Source: Macrostomum lignano (lineage: Eukaryota). From it: 64,000 nucleotides of DNA. The stretch is taken from positions 1-64,000 of the forward strand of contig NIVC01000601.1 in NCBI GenBank assembly GCA_002269645.1, in the 5' to 3' direction. This document shows, piece by piece, positions 14,061 through 25,000 of this stretch. Below the pieces are notes generated by a model. It had not been told where the DNA came from, did not search any database, and worked only from the letters and a program-made list of their open reading frames with translations. The position numbers and the translations under genes were made by a program. Each line of letters begins with the position of its first letter. The stretch's first letter is position 1.

Positions 14061-16787
14061 GTCATGAGCAATAGTTTCGTTAATTAGTAAAAAAAAGATA
14101 AGATGAATTCCGAAATCTGTACTTACATGTAAAACTGGTCTGAGAAAAAGCATAACCATTCCAGATAGCTATGTTTAGACCTCCATGAATGAACAACGCT
14201 GATGGCCTGATTAAATCCAAGTTCGAAAGGGTTAACTAATTATTAACCCTAACAAATTGCATTAAAATGGCCAGTGATTTATCAGTTTAAGCGGGGCCAG
14301 CGCCCGAGCCCTAATCTAGAGTGGCCATCTGTCTTTCAGGTGAGGTAGGTGAGGTTGGCGATTTTTTTACCTTTTGGCGTACCGAAAATTGTTAAATATT
14401 TGTCAACAGGAAACACGGCCCTTGTCTACCATCAAAAGGAGCATTTGAAATTGCGGTCAAGTAAGCAAAATCCTCTAGAATCCAGCGATTGGCAGAGCTC
14501 CACTACTTTTATCAGATGATAATTTGACATAAATATTTAAGGCAAACAATTTCAACGGAAGCTTGTTCTGGAAAGAAAAAGTAAGAAGATGGGGAGAGGT
14601 GAAGATGACTTTGCAGATTAAGCACAAATGTTAAGCTTAGCTTCTGATTACGAAGTAATATATTGGTCTCGTGGACCCGGCGGTTTAGGCTACTGGTTCA
14701 TTATAATTATTCTTTAGAATTTAAACTGGTTTGATTTTGGTAGGTTGCTGCCACTAGGTTTCGTGATACTACGCCCTAATCCTAGAATTTAGCTATTAAA
14801 GAAGTGAGACAGGACACCAATATAGAATTTAATTTTTCAAGCAAAATATAATAAAATTTCAGCATACAAAAGGTGTTCTGCATTAAATTTTCTTGCATGT
14901 GGTTTGGGCAAGACTCCCAGTTTAGTCGAGGCAAGACTCTTCTTGTTCGATATTAGCTATTTGTCTATGTTGGTCCCTTATTTTTTCCTTACCTTAATGC
15001 CTTAATGCCAATAAACAGATTCCTGCTTATTGTGTCTTGGCTGTCATCACTGGTAGATTATATAGTATGTATCACTGGTCATCGCTGATTATTTATCCAT
15101 TGCTATGCACTTTTGGTGACAATAACACGCGCGTGGTATGCGTGTTAATGTCATTTTGGACATTAACACGCAACGGCAATTTAAACATTAAAAAAGGGTA
15201 AATTTTATTTTTTTATGTTAGAAAAACATCAAAAACTGTTCAACAAAGAAATCGTATGTTAATCAGTTAATACCAGGCCTACACAGAAACGTCACTCAAA
15301 AATAATATCGATCAGATTGCGAATGGTCACTTTCATCTTCTTTGACGGAGCAGCCTGCACACGTAGTGCGCCGTCGGTCTGGACAGGCTCTTGATAAACA
15401 CCCGCACATTCCTCCATCATAGCCTCGCTTATTGTGATTGGATTTTGGACGAGCTACATGTAGCTTAACGATCTTATTGACATTAGTTTCAGAAACTGTA
15501 TGATTCAGCGCCTGATCCACAGCCAGAGATGCCCTATACAAACTGCGATCACGTCGCCTCGATAAGTAGCGCTTAACAGTCCGCTCACACTTTCGCCCAG
15601 TGATGAGCAAGATCTCCTGGATAGTCTGGCCACAGGCATTCAGGTGGCACGCTCTAGTTACTCTGCAGTTTAAGAAAAGTTGGCAACTGATTTGTCTAGA
15701 TGCAAATGTGTTCACAGAGAAACATTATGAATATGGTGAGCAAAAGTACAGGTCAAACTACCTACCATATGCAGCGGTCGGTGTACACCATAGTAAGGTC
15801 TGCTTTCTCACTGACGTTCTTCATAAACTCAAGAAGATAGCGAAAGCCTTTAGCAGTTTTTCTCGGAGAATCTATAGCGGTACGCTGCATCTCGACTGTC
15901 TAATGACCTTGGGCATGATCGAATGACGTGCAAATCAAGTCGAACTCGCCGGATGTTACTCCTGAAATCTCACCATTCGGCATAGCTCCGTAGTTAAATA
16001 GAGGAGGCAGAACTTCTGCCACTGTAGTTGGCTCTGCGTCAGCCATGGCGATTTTGTTAGCGAATATGAAAGATGCAAGCTCTCTTAAACCTTCTGTCTT
16101 TCTACTCAGCTCTCTTAAACCTTCTGTTTCCCTCTTTATGGGGTCAAAAAACTACAGTGCATATTAATGTCGATGTGGGCCATAGACTAAAATTTATTTA
16201 CATTCCATTGTAGAACAATGATGGATTGTTCAACGCTGATCAAAAGCGTACATCTATGAGACAATGTTGATGCGTTTCGCCACTCGTGAAACTTAATCAT
16301 TGTCAATCTCTCAAACCACATACGCAACTATACATTATGTATCAGATTAAACATGCCTTTTGAGGGAGTTATTTGTATAAATCACGAGGGCCTGAGGCCC
16401 GAGGGATTTATGAAAATAACTCCCGAAAAAGCCATGTGTAATCTCGTATAAACCATAGACATAAAGACTTTACGGGATATTATTGAATATTACCAAATAA
16501 AATCCCGGAGAACGCAAATATTGTCACGGAAAGTCTTTATTTAATCTAGCATAATTTTTCGAAAGCTGCCTTTATAGCTTCATGGTGAAATACGAGTAAT
16601 TCGGTCGCTGTTCCCTACTTTATCATAATCCTTTTGCAAATAGGATTTTTTGAGTGTCGTGTTGCTTCACTTTTTCCTTGAGTGAATTGACATTTGGAAA
16701 TGATTTCTTGATAATGCACTCAGCTTTTAATTTTTACGAAAATAAATGCATATGTGAGCAGTGTGCTGCCGTCTTCTCAGTTGCAGC

Positions 16788-19700
16788 AATAACAACAAAA
16801 TACGCTGTCAGGTGGAAAAATGCAGCGTCACAGCGCCTTGGCGCGAACAAAGGCCGCACTGCCGGGGCGCCAGCGTCGGCCAGCAGGCAGTCGACGAAAC
16901 GCCGAGTTCGGGCCTGGCCGCACCGATAGGGTGCCTGCAGCGTTAGCAGCAGCACCTCCTGCACCGGCTGCGAGCAGTAGGACTCGGCGCGGATGATGTG
17001 GCCTGCCAGCTGGAGTCGCCGAAGTCGCAGCAGTTCACTTGGACGGGCCAGGCCGCCCGGCGGTAAAAATCACGTCGAAATGACGTCGAAAAGCGACGTC
17101 GAAATTTCATGTCGATTTGAACCCCGATTTCGACGTCGAATGTTTCGCCATCAGACGACGAGTATGCGACGTCGCGTTTTCCACTACTGATGGCGAAAAG
17201 TCGACGTCGTTTATATTCGTGATGACAGCAAGCTGATGGCGATTTTCGACAAATTTTCGATTTTTTATCTATATACTATAGTATCATTGTTAGTTAATAA
17301 TATGCTAGTTCATTGTTTCATACAATAGTCATAAGCTACATGTACTTATAACTGACGAAACATAATGTTAATTCATACACTAGCTATAATCTACCCTAAG
17401 AGGAACGAAATAAAGCATAAAAATGCCAATCAAGACTGCATGACGTTTCATTTGATATATATCCAAACCATGCATAGATGCAATTATTATCTCGCAACCA
17501 TGAAAAAAGTATACAGTGTATTCAATTCACTAGCAATTTGAAATATAATCATAGAAATAGCATCAAGCTATCAGGAACAGAAAGTAAACGATGGAAAATG
17601 AGGAACAACAATGGCAACAAATGCAACAAATTCAACAAATTGGAATCATAAATGGGAAACATTGAAAATCAATGGCGTCAGCGCGTTTACTCCTTGTGGA
17701 AAAGTCAGCTTTTCTGCACCCCTAAAAAGCGCAGTCTTCTGCCGTCGCATAGGACGTCCTTGGCCGCCAAGTTGAGAGGGGTATTTGCTGAAAATTTTTG
17801 GTAGAGTAGGAGGTGGCTTTACTAAACAAGTAAAATACTTGAAATAAAATAAATTTCTGAAAAAAATTACAATATATATACAATATTGAAATACAATACA
17901 ATATGTTCTAAATATAATCCCAGACCTCATAGAGCATTTACAATAGAGTTTTTAACTTTTTATAGCATAGCTACATATTATAGTATCTCCTGTTTTCCCT
18001 ACATAGAAAAAGTTAAGATAATTATGGTATAAGTAGTAATTCATGCAGCTATGGGTGGGCTATGCTTTTTGTCTTTGAATGTAACAAACATTCCTTAGAA
18101 TGCATATATAAATGAATTTTAAGTTAAAATTATATTTTAATACATTTCTCAAAAATTTGTTTCAAAACAAATATATACTTTACATAGTTGTGCCCTTTTA
18201 ACATTTACGAGTATGAGGATTGAATCCATCACTGTTCATTGTTACACTATTAATATTTCCAATAGGCTGCACTAAAAAGTAAAAGTTTCTAGTTTATGGC
18301 TACTTTGATATTAATTCATTTGTCCTGTATAAAATCCTACATGTATATAGTAGTCAGCGGCAGTATTATAAAACATCAAACTAAACACAAAATTTTTAAC
18401 GCACAATAATAGCAACAAAAATAATGCAACACAAATTACATAATGAAAGGAATGAATTGCCAAGTGTAATACAGAAAATATATACGTATATGAAATACAC
18501 TAAAATTAATTTATAAGTCTACAATATGACAAATAATCGAGATGCGATCGATAATCGACATCGCATGGCGATATTTTTAAAAAAAAGTGTATCTTATGCG
18601 TTGTAAACAAAAATTATCGTGTCTGTTTTACACTGAATTAATTTGTCCTTTAAGTTAACTTAAAGCAACGTTGGAAAAATATTTTTAAATACTTATTACT
18701 GATCAATTCTGCAAATTGAGGGATAAAAAAATTAATATCGAAATTTCGACGTCGAATGAAGGTTCAAACGACAACTCATTAGTCGCTAGTTTTTGAAAGT
18801 CGAATATCGACGTCATTTCGACGTGATTTTTACCGCCGGGCGGTGCAGCAGTGCCGCGTTAGTGATCTGCTCGTCGTTGATCTTAAAGGCGGCGCGCAGC
18901 AGGCCAGCGTGCGCCGCGTTGACTTGCTGTTCGAGCGAATCCGTCAGCGTCCAGGTCTCGGCGTTATACAACAGGACGGTCTTGACCACCGCCTGGAACA
19001 GGGCCGCCCTCTGGCGGTCAGGTAGGGCCTCGGACTGCAGGACCGCCCTCACAGAGCGAAAGGCAGCCCAAGCGAGCCCGCGGCGACGCCGCAGATCTTC
19101 GCGGACGTCAGGTACCAGACCGCCGAGGTATACGAACTGCTGACAGCGCGGAAGCTCCGTTACCTGCCCGTCAGCGCCTCGGCAGAAATTGCGGCCTCGA
19201 TGTCGCCCGGCCCACAGAGCACAACGGTCTTCTTCGTGTTGACCACCAGGCCGACGCTCGCTGCAGCGCTAACCAGCTTGTCCAGCTGGCGCTGGGCGCC
19301 CTCTACGGTGGAGAACGGCAGGGCGAGGTCATCGGCGTAGCCAAGCATGCTGAGCCGTTTCTCCAGTTGACGTTGACCCACGCGTCGCCGCAATAGGAAG
19401 CCGTCTTCGTCGGTAGGAAGAGCAGTCCGCAGCGCCCAGTCAAGCACCAGGACGAACAGGAACGGCGCTAGTGTGTCCCCTGGAGCACCCCGGAGGATGT
19501 CTCGAAGGAGTCCGACAAGCCGTCCGACGTCATCACAGCTGCTCTCGTAGCACAGTACAATGCCATTATGGCGGAGATCAGGTGTTTTGGCACATGGTAC
19601 GCGCGGAGCACATGTGGGAGCGCAGCCCTTGCAACCGAGTCGAATGCCTTCATGAAGTCAATGAAGACAACAATCAGGTCCAACTGGCGCGAGCGCGCCT

Positions 19701-21335
19701 CCTCGATGATTCGGCGAAGAGCTAGGATCTGCGTCACTGTGCCACGGTGGGGCCGAAACCCGTTCTGCTCAGGTCGCAGGTAAGGATCCAGCACGGGTTG
19801 CAACCGCGATAGCAGCATCCGGTTGAACAACTTCGCAGCACAGGATTGCAGGCAGATGCCTCGGTGCTCGTCTAGTCGTATAGTGCCCGGCTTCTTTGGA
19901 ATGGCGATGATGTGCGCCATGATCCACTCGGTGGGTGCCACCTCACCGGAGAGCACGCGGTTCATCACACGGGCGACCTCACTGGCCACACAGTAGATGC
20001 GCAGCGCCTCGATGGGCACCTCGTCCGGACCCAGCGCCTTGCGGCCCGGCGTCTTCTGGGCGAGCGTTACGACTTCAGCCATGGTGACTGGTGCAACGTT
20101 AAAACTGTCATCTGACGGCAACGGAGTCTCTGGTGGCAGCGTCAGGATGTTGGGCAGTGGGGGTGGCGGTGCGTTGACTATGGCGGCGAAGAACTCGCGC
20201 AGCTCGTTCCTGCGCTCATCCGCAGTGTCGCCTGCCAGATTCAGTTGGATGCACCGCTTCCGCCGTCAGAGCGTTAATGGCGGACCAGGCCACGCGCCCT
20301 CTGGCGTCGGGCCCAGCGGCAGAGACGGCCTGGACAACTTCATCAACTGCGGCCTGCTGCCACTGCAGATAGACAGTCGCCAGAGCCTCCTCCGCCTCGC
20401 GAGTAGGTCGCCTGCTCAGACGGAGCTTCTCCAGATCTTCCCTCGCTTGCTGAATCACAGGGTCGTCCTGCCAGACCGGCTGCCCACGTTGGGCCGGTCG
20501 CATCAACGGGACCGCTTGTTCCGCGGCGCTCACATCCGCGTACTCGGCATCCCCACGCTTGCTGCCGAGCGCAGTGATGAAGTTGCTAGCAAAGTGGCAG
20601 TGCGTTCCGGCGTCTTTGAGAGCGCGGTAGTAGCGCCGCGGTGGCCGCTTTGGCGGACGGTAAAGCGGATTGCGTAGCTCGAGGTCGCACATGAGAAACC
20701 GATGATCAGACCGCAGAGCCAGCGGCGTGATGGTGCGGCAGTTGACAGCGCGGCGGCGCTCAGGGATCGCAGAAGCACGTGGTCGATCTGTGCTAGCCTC
20801 CATGTAGCAAACCGGCCGCGCGCGTTCTGCCACCTCCGTTTGCAGCCCACGAAAGTCGCGAGCCTGCTGGGTGGCTTGCGGAAGCGGGTGTTGGCCGACA
20901 CCATATCCTGCCTCTCCAGGAAGTCCTCCAGCGCCTGGTTGTTGCCGTTCTCGCGGGGCGTCACAAACAGCGACCGCTCGGACCTACGCGGAACTGCGTT
21001 TAGGTCTCCGAGTACGACCACCGTGTCGCGCTGCGCAGTCTCCTCCACGCGCGCAGAGAGCTGCTCGAAGAAGTCCTGAGCCTCATCTGGGCGGGTGGCA
21101 GGTGGCGCGTACACGCAGAACAGGCAAGCGTTCCGGCCGCGAAGCCGGACGTCTACCCGAAGCATCCGGGGGACAAGAAAGAGCAGCGATAGCTCTGCTG
21201 CAGTCTCGGGCCGATCAGTGCTCCAACTCCTCCACGGCCTCGTTGATCCGCTGAGGTGTACCAGAGTGTCCAAACAGAGCTCAGGTCCTCACAGTGAAGT
21301 CCAGGCTCGGCTCTGATAGACACTTCCTGAAGTTC
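16788..21335 (-). mobile_element. Decayed RTE-clade non-LTR retrotransposon (APE endonuclease plus RT), 5'-truncated and split by a nested DNA transposon
   Basis: APE motifs LQEV, CVYAP, VLGDLNA and AQIDHVL (20770-21335). RT motifs PKKPG...RGICL, EQNGFR, FIDFMKAFDSV, GVLQG and YADD (19328-19339). C-terminal RLRRLQLAGHIIRAE lies at 16985-17030, with the stop at 16828-16830. Several frameshifts. Confidence 0.92.
17061..18835. mobile_element. Non-autonomous TIR DNA transposon inserted in the RTE ORF (possibly CACTA/EnSpm-like)
   Basis: Perfect 29-bp TIRs CGGTAAAAATCACGTCGAAATGACGTCGA (17061-17089 and 18807-18835). CCGG occurs on both flanks (17057-17060 and 18836-18839). Clusters of subterminal (C)GACGTCG motifs; AT-rich interior without a credible ORF. 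Excision restores the RTE reading frame. Confidence 0.88.
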
Positions 21336-21734
21336 TAGCTTCTCAGTTAGAATGCTACAAAATAGAGACATGTGACATATGCGCTCGTAATAAGGTAGCT
21401 TAACTTGTTCCAAACATCACTGCCTACAAAATCCGCAGAAAGTTAAAAAAAGAACAAAGAACTTTTCGCTTCTATGTCCGGAAAAGGAGTACTTTTCCCT
21501 AAACTTTCTTCTATTTTTCTATCAGCCCAGCTTGACAAATATCCGGTGATGCTTTGTTTAGTAAACATCCCAACCCAGAAATGTTTTGTTAGAAACCTAG
21601 AAAAATGGTTTTTACAAAAGACACCGAGTGAGTGACGCAGCTTCTAACAACCGCTTCTGTATTAAGCACTATGAGCTTGTTAAACTGCAAAAGCTACGCT
21701 CGTACCTAACACAATTCTTTGGAGACAAGCGCAT

Positions 21735-21743
21735 TTCCTGGAA
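21735..21743. promoter_or_regulatory. Candidate STAT/GAS element TTCCTGGAA upstream of the IFIT-like gene
   Basis: Exact TTCCNGGAA match inside the 13-bp near-palindrome ATTTCCTGGAAAT, about 360 bp upstream of the ATG at 22100. Confidence 0.3.
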
Positions 21744-22099
21744 ATTCTCTGCACTTTCTATTGTGAATATTCCAGTAAATGAAGGATTAAATGAGCGTGG
21801 AATGTGCATAGATTGAACAAAATTGTACAGCTCGAGACGAGAATGTGTGTCCGTGCATGCTTAATACGGCAGCGCGTGAATGTACGGCCAATGTAGAACT
21901 ACAGCAGTCAAATTGGCTGTACTTTATTCTTGTGAAAACTGCCTTTCTGTAATGTTACTGTACTCTGAACTCACTGCACTAGCTGTATCTCTAAGTCTAT
22001 ATTTATGGTCTAGGGCAAGCACAAGTCTAGCGGTCTGATAAAAGATTGAATCTCTCATAAACAAGTAAAATTGAGAAGTCTGCAAAATAAGTGAAAGGC

Positions 22100-25000
22100 A
22101 TGTCGAATCTAGAAAAACTGGAGGAGCTAGAATGTCACTTTACCTGGCTCCCAGAGGATGGCAGCACGAACACAAGCATCGATGAAGTTATCAAAAAGAC
22201 TGAAAGAAAGATTGACCGCCAGCCTCACAAGAAGTCGGCTCATTTAACGACTCTGGCTTACCTATATACTCGCAAAAGGGGTAAGAACTTCGGTTTGGCT
22301 CACAAATGCCTCGAGGAAGCTCTGGCGATCGATGAGCAAATCCGGCGCGATAAGCAGGAAGATGTGCAAGTATCTAGCGAGTTTGTCATCAGGGCCAACA
22401 TGCTGCACCTCGAGCAGCTGAGAAAAGGACAAAATAGAACTCTGAAGCCTGCAGAAATCGAACCGAAAATGCAGAGACTTAACAGCCTGTGGAGCGACTC
22501 AAACAGCCAGGCCCGGGTGTACGGAGTGAAAGGTGTCACATTCGACTGCTTCGGTCCCATGAAGTATCCGGTTGGAGTCGTTGCCTTCGCGGAGGCGTCA
22601 AGGCTTCAGGCGAATAATTTCAACTGGTTGTACGGCGAGGCGTTCCTGAGAGCTCGATGCGACAGACAGGTTGTGAAGAAGCACGCCGATAAAGCTCAGC
22701 TTCAGCTGTGGAGCAGGGCACGAGAAATTGGCGAGCGAACCGGACAAACAACTAACAATGCTACCTTCTACTCCAATTATGCTGAGGCAATTCTTTACAA
22801 CAGAAGATTGACTGAGCTATGCTGCGAACTTACGGATAGAGCAGTCGATATTCTTCGGAGAATGTCCGAGGAAGAGAAGGAGAACTCGCACGTGGACATG
22901 AAGATCTGCTTGAAGACCTATAGGCACATTAAGAAAATTTCGAATCTGGACTGTGAAAGCCGTCGAAAAACATTACTTGAGGAAGCAGGAAAAGTAGCAA
23001 TGATGCTCAAAGATCCAGACTTCTTTTTAACCATAGCCAATGAGGCTGAAGAAGCAGGAGACCGAGATAAAGCGATTGAACTGCTTGAAAGAGGCAAGCA
23101 ATTAGCAGGTGAGCCGGGTCACATATGGCTGAATCTTCGCCTTTTGGAGCTACAAATGCAAACCTTGAACAAGCAGCAAGTTATCGATGAGTTTGTCTCC
23201 ATGAGAGAGAGCTTCGGAGTTTATTTGAAGAACGTTTCAGCTATCGAGTTTCACAAGGCGCTATACTTGATAAAACAGGGCGATACAAAGGAGGCCTTAG
23301 AGTCATGCGTTGCTGCTTTAGAGGCCGATCCAAAAGTGGACCAGGTCTGGTTTAGCAAGAAGAAGGAGTTTTTTCTATGCCTAACCCAAAAGACTGCCGG
23401 CTTCGAGGAATATGTAGCCTGGTTTGCTGCCAACGTCGGCGACTTCAAAGAGCCGGTAAACATCGAGCCTCTCTTTCTACAGGCGCTTAATAAAGATGCC
23501 AGCAACGAGTTCGCGCTTGAGCATCTGGGTCGTTTTTATATAAAAAAGGGCCGATTAGACAATGCCTCTGGCTGCTTCAGGAAGCTGCCAGACCACATTG
23601 AGTGCAAGTACAAGCTACTCGCTCAGTCGCTGCTGGAGGACCCGAATGCAAGCTTTCAGAAGCTGCAGGAGTGTCTACAGTGCGGTTGCAGAGATGCTGT
23701 GCCGAAGCTTCTAGAATTTCTTGAGCAACGAAAGGCGAGCCAAAACACTGCCGAGATTGTCATTAACGATGTCGTGAGTCGGAGTGCCCGGGACTCTCTG
23801 TTCTTCAGCACTCAGCTGTATGAGCTGTGCGCTGAAATGGAGGCCACACTACAGGATCCGAACAGGTTTTGGCTTCGCGAAGATAACACGGAATCGACTA
23901 ATGATCCTGTAGAGCTAGCGAAACGGAGAATCGCAAAGTTTTTAGAGCTGGACCAGCTCATGAGCACAGTGGCATCGAGTCGATCCTGCGATGGCTCAGG
24001 CGACCGGGGAAACTTGATGAGGTCCAGCAGACTACGTTTAACGAAGCAGCGTCTTGAGAGAGGAGGCAAAACTCAGCAACAAACGCAGGAGCTCAACAAC
24101 CTCATCGTTTCAGTGGTGAAGGAGTCGAAGGAGGTTCTGGACCGCTCTCTAGTTGTCTTACTTTCTCGTTGCAAAAAAGAAGCGAAAGATGCGAAAAAAT
24201 TGGCACTATCTCGTAAGGAGAAAGAAAAGCGAAGCATAAATATCGACCACTATTATCCTCACGCGTTCAACAAAATCAAGAAGCAGCTTGGAAGTGACTT
24301 CCAAGAAAAGCTCAACAAGCTGGCTTTAGATGGCAAAGACACAAAAGCATTTGAGCGAGAATCACTGATAACCTATCTGAAAGAAGGAAAAAAAATTCAA
24401 ACCCAACCAGGCGCCACAGCGACGACAAATAATTCGGTATCGCCTGAGAACGTCCGAAAATGTCTTTCAGAGGCAGTCGCCGAAATTGACCCGAACTTCC
24501 ATCAGCAGAAGAGCACGAAAGATATGTTCGAATTCATGGCCCGTCGTGAGCACAGGATTCTGTCACAGGAGGACTGCTGGATTGTCCACTGGATCTACCT
24601 GGTGAACAGTGAGAAGCACTCAGCCGAGATTCTCGTGGCTGAGCTAAATGAACAGCTGCGTTCTGATTGGTCGGGAGGCGGCGAGTGCAATAGAACGGCG
24701 TATGATGTGGCGCACCTGGCAGCGGAGTTCGCTGAAGAGACCTGGGCCGTCTTCTCGTGTGAGAGCAGATCTGTTGTACCCACTGGCGCACATTCAACAC
24801 AGGTAGTTGCTTGTGTCGGAGATTCTAAAAATGCCGAAGACGTAGCATCTAATGTCACGGTTACCGGAGGAAATGTTACTGGTGCTGGAGATGCAACTGG
24901 TCTCGAAGATGTCACTTGTGCTGGAGTAGCGGCAAGCAGCGTTGATCATGTTTCATTATACACTAGTGCTTCCAACAATCCCGACGAAAGGGACAATTCG

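Noticed and set aside
15296-15715. piggyBac C-terminal cysteine-rich domain (CGCLSRACPDRRRTTCAGC)
   Set aside because: The resemblance is superficial: no upstream DDD core, no TTAA-flanked CCC termini seen, and another frame is equally protein-like over this stretch.
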